Shown here piece after piece: positions 1 to 10,980 of a stretch of DNA of 34,383 nt. The stretch comes from Octopus sinensis (taxonomy: Eukaryota). The stretch spans positions 1 through 34,383 of the forward strand of contig NW_021831687.1 of the NCBI RefSeq assembly GCF_006345805.1, read 5' to 3'. The notes below the pieces were generated by a model. The model saw only the letters and a program-made list of their open reading frames with translations, had not been told where the DNA came from and searched no databases. The translations under genes were made by a program, and so were the position numbers. The number at the start of each line of letters is the position of its first letter. The first letter of the stretch is position 1.

Positions 1-153
1 CAGTGTGGCACAGAAAAACTACTAAAGACTGAATAAAAAGGCAGGTAAAAGCAGACTTCTCTTGCTATAATTCTAATGAAAAGGCCTGCAAGTGTGAAAA
101 GTGCAGAAACTGTGTGCAAAAAGCCTAAATTAAGAGACGCGAGAGAGAAAAGG

Positions 154-433
154 CCCCAGTACTTATTCTTTGTAAGCCTAGTATTTATTCTATCGGTCTC
201 TTTTGCCGAACCGCTAAGTTACAGGGTCGTAAACACACCAGCATCGGTTGTAAAGCGATGTTGGAGGGGGGGGGGCAAAAAGAGACACAAACATATACAC
301 ACATACACACACATAGATATATATACATATACATATATACGACAGGCTTCTTTCAGTTTCCGTCTACTAAATCCACTCACAAGGTTTTGGTCGGTCCGAG
401 GCTATAGTAGAAGACACTTGCCCAAGGTACCAC
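154..433 (-). mobile_element. tRNA-derived SINE family A, internal fragment (inverted partner of the 865-1296 copy)
   Basis: Reverse complement aligns over ~280 bp with 933-1212, including the internal (CA/TA) microsatellite. Both the tRNA head and the 3' end are missing. Confidence 0.9.
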
Positions 434-720
434 CCAGGTTCTTCCTGAAATTTCAATTGAAAGCGATTCTCCTTCCAAACGATAATATCCCTCTTCCTTG
501 TACACATTGTATCCCTCGTACACAGGATAATCAAATTAATAAAAACCGCTTTAGATATTTCTTTTGCGTTCTATTTTACTGTGCTTTTATTATTGTCATT
601 TTCCTTGTAACTGTAGGCTTTTTGTTTCGAAACCCATAAAAATGGCCATTGGATGGTTTTGTGTTGCTGGAAAGGAACAATCATATTCTAATACATATGT
701 ATGCAAGTGTGGGCATGGTT

Positions 721-799
721 GCATGTATATATGTATATATATATTAATATATATTATATATATATATATATATATAATTATATATATATATAATATATA

Positions 800-864
<65 letters not shown>
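721..864. repeat. (TA)n microsatellite
   Basis: Interrupted dinucleotide run. Similar runs lie at ~1735-1855, 3560-3668, 7550-7585, 8550-8630, 23700-23805, 24900-25125, 28705-28920 and 31344-31419. Confidence 0.95.
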
Positions 865-1296
865 GCGTAGTAGTGGGTGTGTGGTAAGTAGATTGCTTAC
901 GAACCATATGGTCCCGGGTTCAGTCCCACTGCGTGGTACCTTGGGCAAGTGTCTTCTGCTATAACCTCAGACCGACCAAAGCCTTGTGAGTGGATTTGGT
1001 AGATGGAAACTGAAAGAAGCTTGTTGTATATATGTATATGTATATATATATCTATGTGTGTGTATGTGTATATATGTTTGTGTCTGTTTTTATCCCCCCC
1101 TCCAACATCGCTTGACAACCGATGCTGGTGTGTTTACGACCCTGTAACTTAGCGGTTCGGCAAAAGAGACCAATAGAATAAATACTAGGCTTACAAAGAA
1201 TAAGTACTGGGGTCGATTTGCTCGACTAAACGCGGTGCTCCAGCATGGCCACAGTCAAATGACTGAAACAAATAAAAGAGTAAAAAGAGTAAAGAG
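865..1296 (+). mobile_element. tRNA-derived SINE family A, near full length
   Basis: tRNA-like head (gtgtggtaag... A-box region, gggttcagtccc B-box-like), body, internal microsatellite and (AAGAGT)n-like tail. Near-identical architecture to 28022-28450. Confidence 0.85.
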
Positions 1297-1741
1297 TATA
1301 TATGAATCTTTAGTCAAATATATTCAATGAGAATATTATATACTGAATATATATTGAGTGCTCTATTGTATCAAAGTGTCAATACTATTAAAGTATTTAT
1401 ATATTTAATACGAGCGATTATATATATTTTTAAATAATATGTTATTATTAATATTAAGAATTCAATATCAGTAAACTTCACAGAAAGATTATACACGTGT
1501 GAAAAAAAATGGTTGTATTAAAAATATATAAATAAATAAATATAAATATTTATAAAAATATATGTATATATGTATGCGTATAAATATATAATGTATATGA
1601 CAGTTTATAAGTTTTGAATTAAATATATAAACCTTTTTACGATCGTTTCACAGAAGTGCTGTCCCTATAATGAAATCCTATATTGGATACGTGTACGTGC
1701 ACATAGATGCAAATAAATGTTTCTACATGTATATTTATATG

Positions 1742-1856
<115 letters not shown>

Positions 1857-2145
1857 TACTTATGTATGCACATATGAATATAAACTTATATATATATGTT
1901 ACGTATGTATGCAAATGTGGGCTGATTTGCATATATGTATATATAAATAGATGAGTGTATTTTTACCTTGTTAACAATTAACACGGAAAAAATAAGTAAA
2001 TAGTTACCAGGGTAGCAAAATCTCACAAGTAAAGATGTTGTAACTCCTTGTTTATAAAGGTAGAAACTTCGTGTTTATGTTGAATATTTTGAATAATATA
2101 TGAATAAATAAATGGAGTTTAACGCAGGTGTAATCAAATATTTTT

Positions 2146-2227
2146 ACTTTCGACACATGTTTCAACAATTCCACTGTTACTATTCAAAAGAATAAATGAA
2201 ACAATGCGATCTTCTCTTCAGGAAGGT
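2146..2227 (-). ncRNA. Type I hammerhead ribozyme motif (minimal, Penelope-type)
   Basis: Minus strand reads accuuc-CUGAAGA-(51-nt stem II hairpin)-GAAA-CAUGU-GUC/gaaagu. Core is complete, stem I pairs 5/6, stem III is the palindromic ACAUGU. The base of stem II is imperfect. Confidence 0.7.
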
Positions 2228-2618
2228 GAAAAAAGCGAAACTTTTCAATAAGACATTTTAGCAAAAAATGATGGATTTGTAGAATGATAGAAAGCACGCT
2301 ATTAATATTGTTTAAAAAAACGTTATGTGATATAACGTCATAAGTAGCTAACAGAAAGAGTAGGGATACCCATAGTGAATGTTAAATATAAAGGAAATTA
2401 AAGTTTGAATTATATATAATTATAGAGACTACTTATATGCACTAAATGTATGTTTTTGCCAATGCTTACATCTGTATGCTCGCTCTATAACCGTGCTTAC
2501 TAGAGTATTTTAGAAAAAATAAGGAAAAATAGCTCAGAATTGCAGAGAAGACAGAATTTCTTGCCTTTGCCATATGGTATCCAAACTGAGAGAATCAACC
2601 ATTCTAAATGAAATTGTT

Positions 2619-2650
<32 letters not shown>

Positions 2651-3592
2651 AGTACATGGAACTGTGTATGTGTACAAACATGCATTTATATATGTGTTTA
2701 TATATATATATATATTTATTTATAGTATTTTTAAGTGTATATGTGATTATGAATGTATATTTTTATCTACGTATGTGGGTTTTATGTGCATCTATGACGT
2801 GTGTCTCATTTATAAATACAGCAATTATTTTCTATATCAATCCATAGGCTGGTCCAAATCCTTCGCATTTCGTTTGATTTTAAACTCTTTCAACGAATAT
2901 AAAAAACCTGCTGAGAACATATCAAGAGCCGTGAGTAGATATCTGCCCTCTCTTTCTCCGAACACACACACACACGCGCGCGCTGAACACGCGCACACAT
3001 GCATACACTCACACACACACATGCATATTTTATACAAGAAATGCAAAACGTCAATTTAAATAGTGAGTGAGCTCAATACGTTTCGTAGATAGTGATATCG
3101 ATTTTGTTAAATGATAACAGGTATTTTAAAGTTTAGCCTGATCAGCTTAAACACATAAATACATACATATGTAAAATTATTTCCTTATCTGTATCTTTTT
3201 ATACTTCTCAACGCTTTTAAATCAAACTTTGTTTCTTGAATTTAATGTATGCATATATATATATATATATATACACATCCGGCTTTTGCAGATGGAGCAT
3301 GAGTTTTTAACCGTGACTGGAAAGTTCAGAGTTGAATATCCTGGGTAAGCAAGAGCTTCTAACACATTTATTCAAATTTATTTGGTTTTGTTCCAAACAT
3401 TCGATTTTATCGCATGTATTATACGTCACCATGATCAACAGTGTTGTACTAATAACCCACAATATACTAATTCGTACCTTCGACGAAATGCTTAAGTGTT
3501 TTATCAATGTTTTATTATACAAAGGACAAACAAACCCATATAAAGATAAAGAGAGAACTGTGTGTATATATATATATATATACACATACATA

Positions 3593-3668
<76 letters not shown>

Positions 3669-3694
3669 ATCTAATAATAATTTAACATTACTTG

Positions 3695-6600
3695 AAAAGG
3701 TAGTGGGTAGCGAACTTCTTTACTACTTCAGGGAGTGACGACCTTGCCTGACACGAGTTCCGGGCTCAGCTGGCTCCGGCTGAGAGTACCCGGTATGGGC
3801 CCCTATCCAGGGTTACGGAACGGAAACAACCTTCAAAGAAATCCGGAGTGGAGCGCCGAAGGCGGTCTAGTGTTCGACTCGACACTCTTCCGGCAGCTCC
3901 TGCAACCAAGCTGGTGCCAAACGTAATGCACTGCACTCCTTTGGACTACATCAGCAAGGTCGAGAGAGGAAACCTGACGATTGGGCTACCCAGGACTTTC
4001 TTATCTATAGCCCAGGCTTGCGCAAAACTGGAGAGGACACTTCAGTGCTGCTGTAAAAAGCTGTAGAAACAACACGGGAGGTAACAGTCACGAGTGATAA
4101 GTCTATTCAGATTGGCGTAAAATATGGGCGCTACGGGTTACCTCTGACGGTGGGAGGGACCTCCGTGTCCTATTGGTTAGCTACTGCCCACCTCAAGCTG
4201 GGCAGCCCCCAGTTAGTAAGGTGCTGACCCGCCACAGGTCGCCTGCTTCATTGGGTGCTTGAAGCTAAAAGTATGACTTGAAAAGCGCCCTGCAACCTCT
4301 GCACCAGGCAAACAACTAAAAGTCAAGAAAACACCAGTTGTGCGGTTGGCAAGTTGGAATGTCAGGACCATGTGCCCTGGAATATCTGATGATCTACTCA
4401 GGGTTGAAGACACAAGGAAAACGGCCATCATTGGCCGTGAACTAAAGAGGCTCAACATAGATATTGCTGGGCTGCAGAAGACAAGTCTCCCCTCGAACGG
4501 CAAACTCAAAGAGCAGGATTTCACCTCCTTTTGGCAGGAAGCGATCCAGAAGAACCTCGTCAGCATGGCGTTGGCTTTTAGTGAGAAACTAATTACTCTC
4601 CTCAATAGAACCACCATCAGGTGGCACTGAGCGTATCCCCTCACTGCGCCATTCGACTTCTTCTGGCTCAGTACATCTACTCAGCATCTCTACTCTCACT
4701 CTCTACAGCTCAGAGGAGACCACGTACCAGTTCTACAAAGATCTCAACTGTGTCATAGAAAATATACCAACGACTGAAAATATCTACCTTCTGGGGGATT
4801 TTAACGCTCGCGTGGGATCTGACCATGATTCGTGGCCCATTTGTGTTGGACACTTTGGTATTGGCAACATGAATGACAATGGTCAGAGACTACTCGTATT
4901 CTGCACATACCACAACCTGTGCATCACAAACACATTCCAACAAGCCTTCCCACAAGGCATCTTGGAGACATCCAAGATCTCACCACTGGCATAGCTGGAT
5001 CTCATCATTACACGGAGATCCTTTCTGAATTCTACTCTATTGACCCGCAGTTACCACAGCGCGGATTGTGACACAGACCACTCACTAATTAGAAGCAGGG
5101 TGAGGATTCTCCCTAAAAAGTCCATCGCTTCAAGAAAGTGGGCCGACCATGCATTAACACTGCCAGAACCTCGGAACCTACACTGCGAAAATGTTTTGCT
5201 GCTTCTATCAAAGTTGCCCTCAGTAGCTGCCCAACCTCCTCTGCTGAAAGTAGGTGGAACTATATCAGGGAAGCTTTGTATACGACATCAATAGATACTT
5301 TCGGCATGAGAGAAAGGCAAAACCCAGATTGGTTCAATGCTGGGCTCTCAGAGGGAGCCAGTTATCGAAGCAAAGCGTGCAGCTCTGATGCAATACAAGA
5401 GTGATTCTTCTACAAAGTCACTCGAAGAACTCAGAAAGGCACGAAATAAAACCCAACTGACAGCCAGACGCTGTGCAAATGGGTATTGGCAGGAAATCTG
5501 TCAGAGTATCCAGTCAGCTGCTGACAGTGGCGACACCTGTGGGATGTATGTCGGTTTGAAGAAGGCCCTCGGTCCATCCGCAACCAAGTCAGCCCCTCTG
5601 GAGATCTCATCACGGATCAAGGCAAGCAAATGGATAGATGGGTGGAGCACTACCAGGATCTCTACTCACGGGACTACAGTGGCTGAGGCTGCAGTCGAGA
5701 GTGTCAAGATCTTGCCAGTCATGTGCGAACCTGACAGTCCGCCATCTATAGCAGAGCTCACCAAGGCTCTTGACTCCCTAGCAAGAACTAAGTCTCCGGG
5801 AAAAGACGGCACCCCCTCAGATATCATCAAAGCCGGTAAAAACCCCATCCTGCTTCGGCATCTTCATGAGCTTCTGTGTCAGTGCTGGGAAGAGGGTACA
5901 GTCCCTCAGGATATGCGGGATGCTAACACCATTACGCTTTACAAAAACAAAGGTGACCGTGGTGATTGTAACAATTACCGTGGTATATCTCTTCTAAGCA
6001 CTGTTAGAAAGACCTTTGCCCGCGTTATCCTGGTAAGGCTACGACTACTTGCTCCTCGTATCTATCCGGAATCGCAGTGTGGCTTTAGAAGAAGCAGATC
6101 AACTATCGATATGATATTCTCCGTACGCCAACTTCAGGAGAAGTCCAGAGAGCAGAAAATGCCATTATATATGGCCTTCATTGATATAAAAAAGGCTTTT
6201 GACTCGGTAAGCAGAACAGGCCTCTTCATCCTGCTCCAAAAAATCGGATGTCCACCAAAGCTGCTGAGGATCATCAAGTCTTTCCATGATGACATGCAAG
6301 GCACCTTACAGCACACGGTTCAACATCAGCCGCCTTCCAAATAAAAAACGGGGTAAAGCAAGGTTGTGTCCTCGCTCCTACATTGTTTGGCATCTTCTTC
6401 TCGCTCTTACTCTCACAAGCCTTTCAGACATCAGATGATGGAGTGTTTCTGCACAGTAGAAGTGACGGGAAACTGTTCAATCTCTCGCGCCTGTGTGCCA
6501 AGACCAAAATCAGAAACGTCCTGATCAAGGAGATGTTATTTGCTGATGATGCCGCTCTGGTATCACACACAGAAGAAGCCCTCCAAAGGTTCATTGACTG

Positions 6601-7547
6601 TTTTGAGCAAGCATGTAACGACTTTGGCTTAGCTATCAGCCTTAAGAAGACCAACATCATGGGTCAGGCTACATCGGACATCCAAACATACATATTGGAG
6701 ACCACAGATTACAAGAGGTGGAGAAGTTTACCTATCTGGGCTCTATCGTCACCTACAACCTATCCCTTGACGCTGAGCTCAATATACGCATTGGAAAGGC
6801 AGCTGCTGCGATGGCCCAACTCTCCAAACGGGCTTGGGACAACAATAAGCTGATGAAGACCACGAAAATGAAGATCTACCAGGCATGTGTACTCAGCACT
6901 CTACTGTATGGAAGTGAGACTTGCACGCTATACACACACCAAGAGCCTCACCTAAACATCTTTCACCTGCGCTGCCTCCGAAAAATCCTCCGCATCAAAT
7001 GGCAGAATCATATCCCCAACAAAGATGTCCTCAGGCAAGCAGGAATACCAAGCATGTTTGCACTCCTCACACAAAGACGTATGAGATAGCTTGGGCATGT
7101 TAGCCGTATGAAAGATGGCAGAATCCCCAAGGACATACTCTACGGAGAGCTTGCTAGCGGTACCAGGTCTGTGGGTAGACCGATCTTACGTTACAAGGAT
7201 GTTTGCAAAAGGGACATGAAGGCCTGCAACATCAATATTAGCGGTTGGGAGGCAGTTGCCGGCAACCGTGGAGAATGGCGACGTACCGTAAAAGAGGGAA
7301 TACAAAGGAGTGACAGAGAGAGAGAGGAGAAATGGAAAGAAAAAGAGAGACGTAAACAAGAAACTATGACATTACAACCAGCCAGGAACAGTCTTCGCTA
7401 CATTTGCGGTACCTGCCAGAGGGAGTGTTTGTCCAGGATAGGACTACACAGCCACAGCAGGAAATGTATCAGGATATGAAATATAAAAGCCGGACTGGAC
7501 TATTTTATGCGCAACTCCATTGTCTCCCGAGACAAAAAGGATGCCAA

Positions 7548-7549
<2 letters not shown>
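3695..7549 (+). mobile_element. RTE-clade LINE, near full length, disabled (APE endonuclease + RT + C-terminal Cys/His motif)
   Basis: APE motifs LASWNVRTM, LLGDFNARVG and HSADCDTDH. RT motifs NYRGISLL, QCGFRRSRSTIDMIF, FIDIKKAFDSV, GVKQGCVLAP, LFADDAAL and FTYLGS. C-terminal CGTCQRECLSRIGLHSHSRKC. The single ORF (~4340-7479) is broken by several frameshifts and stops. The 5' boundary is inferred from the GC rise at ~3.7 kb; the 3' end abuts (TA)n. Confidence 0.95.
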
Positions 7550-7586
<37 letters not shown>

Positions 7587-7796
7587 TACACACACAGAAG
7601 GATAAGATCAATATTTAAATATCGATTTTATCAGGTGGCCAGCATGGGAATAAAAAACATCAAAGGTAACAATTATTTACAATTATAATATAGGGTAATA
7701 GCAGTCAAATCTTGACTGTAAAACCACATTAAATGTTCATATAGCACCAGGAGAGAAGACGAAGAGACAAAATAGAATAGCAAACATTTCTGGATA

Positions 7797-7855
7797 ATTC
7801 CAGATCCCGGATTTCTGACTCTGCATAAGAAATGCTCTGCCTTCATCAGTGGAAT
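7797..7855 (-). ncRNA. Type I hammerhead ribozyme motif
   Basis: Minus strand reads auucca-CUGAUGA-aggc...guca-GAAA-UCCGGG-AUC/uggaau. Stem I pairs 6/6, stem III has 3 bp with a quasi-palindromic loop, and the cleavage triplet is NUH. Stem II is partly mismatched. Confidence 0.75.
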
Positions 7856-7962
7856 ATACTCAGAAAAGCAAATAAATACAAATATATACATATACAACAT
7901 ACGATATACTTACATATACGAACGTATTTATAATATATATATATATATATATATATTATATA

Positions 7963-8412
7963 GAGGGCATTATTACACATAAATGCCTCACACTAAGAGG
8001 GACATAAGTCATTTCTACCAAAAATTTCACTAATCATACCCAATGCAGTTTTTCAAAGCAAGACATTTAAAAATGAATTTAGTCCTATATCACCTGTGAT
8101 TTCGCACTCACCGCATCAAAATTTGCGTCCATGCTCATCGGTAGAACTGATTCTGAACACATCATAAATAAACTACCAGCACTGTCGAAGTCGAACAGCC
8201 AACTGATCTTTCTAACGAAGCACATGGAGAAGTTTATAAATCATATATCCGGTAAATGGCGGGCTTTTTCGAACTGCATTTCGGGTAGGAAAAGTTTTTT
8301 CGGAATAAATTTAACAATTAAGGATAACTTATTGGGTATGATTAGTGAAATTTTTGGTAGAAATGACTTATGTCCCTCTTAGTGTGAGGCATTTATGTGT
8401 AATAATGCCCTC
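7963..8412. mobile_element. MITE, 450 bp, with perfect 82-bp terminal inverted repeats (GAGGG termini, TATA flanks; Sola2-like, tentative)
   Basis: 7963-8044 is the exact reverse complement of 8331-8412. TATA lies at 7959-7962 and 8413-8416. No transposase ORF inside. Confidence 0.9.
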
Positions 8413-8547
8413 TATATAATATAAATTAATATGTTCAAAGGAAAAAATTATTTTCGAATTTTTTCTCTGATGAGGTTTTTCACGCTATCTACCTGATAAT
8501 TTCTTGTTAAGATTCCTTATTAAGAAGTTATCCTTAATTGTTAAATT

Positions 8548-8599
<52 letters not shown>

Positions 8600-9036
8600 T
8601 GTATATATATATATGAGCGTGTATATATAAATCAAGGCGGCTATCAGCATTTTAAGACCAACAGGGAAATAATTCACAGTCACTAAAGGTGACAAGAGTG
8701 CTGTGAGCACCAGCATTATTAGAAATATTAGTCATAGACTATTTCGTTTTGGGATTTGGTTTGCAAGGTTCTTTATATGAGTTCGTGTGTTGAAGCATAT
8801 TCTGTTTTCTCTGGGGAGAGCCATTTTCTTTTTGTGCCTTATAATTCCACACACTCACCGGTAACATTTCAACGTATTTCTTATTTATATTTTCCTAAAA
8901 CTTTTCGTTGAGTCTTGCAAACTTTTACCAGTGATTGTGTTAAATTATAGTCATAGACACCTTAGCCATAAAAAAAACACATAGTGCATTGGCAGGGGGG
9001 GGAACATTCCCCACGGTAAGCCAGATGGATTAGATT

Positions 9037-9081
9037 AGCATGGTAATTTCTTATAAGAAGTTAATACTCATCAGCAATGCT
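9037..9081 (-). ncRNA. Degenerate minimal type I hammerhead motif
   Basis: Minus strand reads agcauug-CUGAUGA-guau...auaa-GAAA-UUA/ccaugcu. Core is intact and stem I pairs 6/7, but the stem II closing pair is mismatched and stem III has only 1 bp. Confidence 0.45.
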
Positions 9082-9227
9082 CACTCCATTACGGCTGGTG
9101 GAGGCTAACTCCCGCCTGTCAATATCATTGAGAATGACATAAAAATGAGTGATTGATTTCACAAAATGGCAATGTGAAGATTATAAAATATTGAAGGTAG
9201 CTAACACACATTTTAAAACCAACCAGG

Positions 9228-9266
<39 letters not shown>

Positions 9267-9513
9267 TATATAAAAATTTATACACGGAGGGAAGACCACC
9301 ATGTGGATTTCTTACATGCTAAAGAGGGCAAGCCACGGTACTGGACGAATATGTTCTTAACACTAACTTTTAGTTACCCGCTTGTAGTTTTAGCCTTCTT
9401 CACTAATTCTGTTCTCAACCATACTGAATGCGGTTATTTTACCTATGATGATCCAATCCTAAGCTATATTTGAATATAGAAATAATTGAAACAAAACAAT
9501 TAATCTCTTTAAG

Positions 9514-9596
9514 TGTTCAAAGTCAACAGCGGCGCAATATCTCCCAAGTTTTGAACAAATTCCAGGCATTGCTCAACATGAATTTGCTTGATGAAA
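9514..9596 (+). CDS. Candidate internal exon (VQSQQRRNISQVLNKFQALLNMNLLDE), product unknown
   Basis: ctctttaag acceptor and gtaagt donor; open in only one frame; phase-compatible with 10837-10881 and 10981-11033. No recognisable homology. Confidence 0.25.
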
Positions 9597-10304
9597 GTAA
9601 GTATCGTGTTTCTTCATTTTTTTAACACCATTACCGTCATAATTAGCTTCATCAATCACCATACCATCCTCTTCGTCGTTGTCGTCATCATCAACCACAA
9701 CGGATGATACCTTAGGACACCCACGCGTGCACGCAAGCGCACAGACTCCCTCCCTCTCTCTTATACATACAACTATTCATTTACATTTTTTCAAAGCTTG
9801 GATAATTTCAATAAATCAGCATTTTATTTTGCGCTTTTCCGTTTCTTGTCCCTACGGAACGGTTTGTCTAACCGAGGGCAAAAATGTTTTCTTCTTATTT
9901 TGTATAGAAGTAGAAGATGCAGACTCTACTGGGCAGAAAAATTCACACAATTCCAGTACTTTCTTTAATTCACTCAGGAAAATTATTCAATGCTGCAAAT
10001 AATTTTCCTCAGCGAAAATTCATTTTGTTCGAAGTGATCATATTAATTTTTGAATTAGGATCGATAGATACACACACAGCTCATACGCTTTAACTCATCT
10101 CTAAGAGATATAAAAGAGGAATAAATCACATCCCATTGCCGAACAATGATATAATTTTTTTCACTTCGTTTCCATTCATTTCATTTTACCACTGCCAAAT
10201 CAATATAAATGAGGTTTATGCGCATCCGGTCAGTATGTCTAAGTAGTGGTCAATATTGAGGAAATGCAACAATAGAGGCCGCGAAACAGACAATAGCATT
10301 TTTA

Positions 10305-10680
10305 CTAGTCAAATCCCGTAACAAATTATATATTGCTCGGGAAAATGTAAAAATATATATACATATACACATACATATTTCGGGATGGTCATGTTATTTA
10401 TTATTTAAAAAAAATATAAATGAATAAATATATGTGTGCATATATATATTGTGTGCCCAGGTAGAGTACACGGGGATCTCTACGTACAACAGTGTTCGGG
10501 CAAACAGATCACATTGGCATAATTTGAAGAAAGCTGTCAAAGTAGTTTCTCATGGATTCAGATCTACGTTTCGAGCATTGTCTTCTGTGAAATATACACG
10601 CTTGCCATTTTCAAGATGTGCAGATAGATTTTAGGAAAGTGTTCCTACATGTAAACAGGATGTGACATTTGTGTTGACAG
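10305..10680 (-). mobile_element. Helitron remnant: RepHel fragment plus 3' terminal hairpin and CTAG
   Basis: Minus strand 10630-10454 translates as NLSAHLENGKRVYFTEDNARNVDLNP*ETTLTAFFKLCQCDLFARTLLYVEIPVYSTW, a typical Helitron RepHel segment. Downstream are an imperfect hairpin cccgagcaa...ttacggg (10341-10315) and CTAG (10308-10305) followed by T. The 5' end was not found. Confidence 0.75.
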
Positions 10681-10836
10681 TGTATTTGTCTAAAAGCAGA
10701 ACCGTTCTTCCATCAGCGCTTGCCAATTGGCTGAAGTAACATGAAAGGCATCGTCATTCATGGTATATTCGTGAATAAGTCACAAACTGAAATACGTTGA
10801 TCTATTGTTTAGGGAAATATTATTTACTTGTTTAAG

Positions 10837-10881
10837 GGTTGTACTGGATACATAGCGAAAACAGCTCTAACAGTTCAAATA
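10837..10881 (+). CDS. Candidate 45-nt exon (LYWIHSENSSNSSN)
   Basis: tttaag acceptor and gtaag donor at 10882; phase 1 on both sides. A 99-bp putative intron leads to a strong tttccag acceptor at 10980. Confidence 0.25.
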
Positions 10882-10980
10882 GTAAGAAATAAACATATAT
10901 ATATATATACAAATTCATACTATCCGGTAATTAATGTGCTTAAACTTTTATATTTTATGTTTTTTTCATTATGTTTCCAG

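Noticed and set aside
63-128. Cys cluster CYNSNEKACKCEKCRNC resembling a CXC/CRC-like motif
   Set aside because: Only ~20 codons, bounded by stops and the window edge; too short to assign.
4201-4300. Alternative HDV-like fold (ggcagcc/gcctgct P1, gacc/ggtc P3)
   Set aside because: P1 has a mismatch, there is no GG for P1.1, the loop is non-canonical and J4/2 is unconvincing.
8460-8510. CTGATGAGGT...ACCTGATA hammerhead-like core on the plus strand
   Set aside because: GAAA is absent and no stem I complement follows.
8880-8935. Minus-strand ctggtaaaagtttgcaagactcaacgaaa, a possible decayed hammerhead
   Set aside because: The CUGANGA core is not present and the stems are poor.
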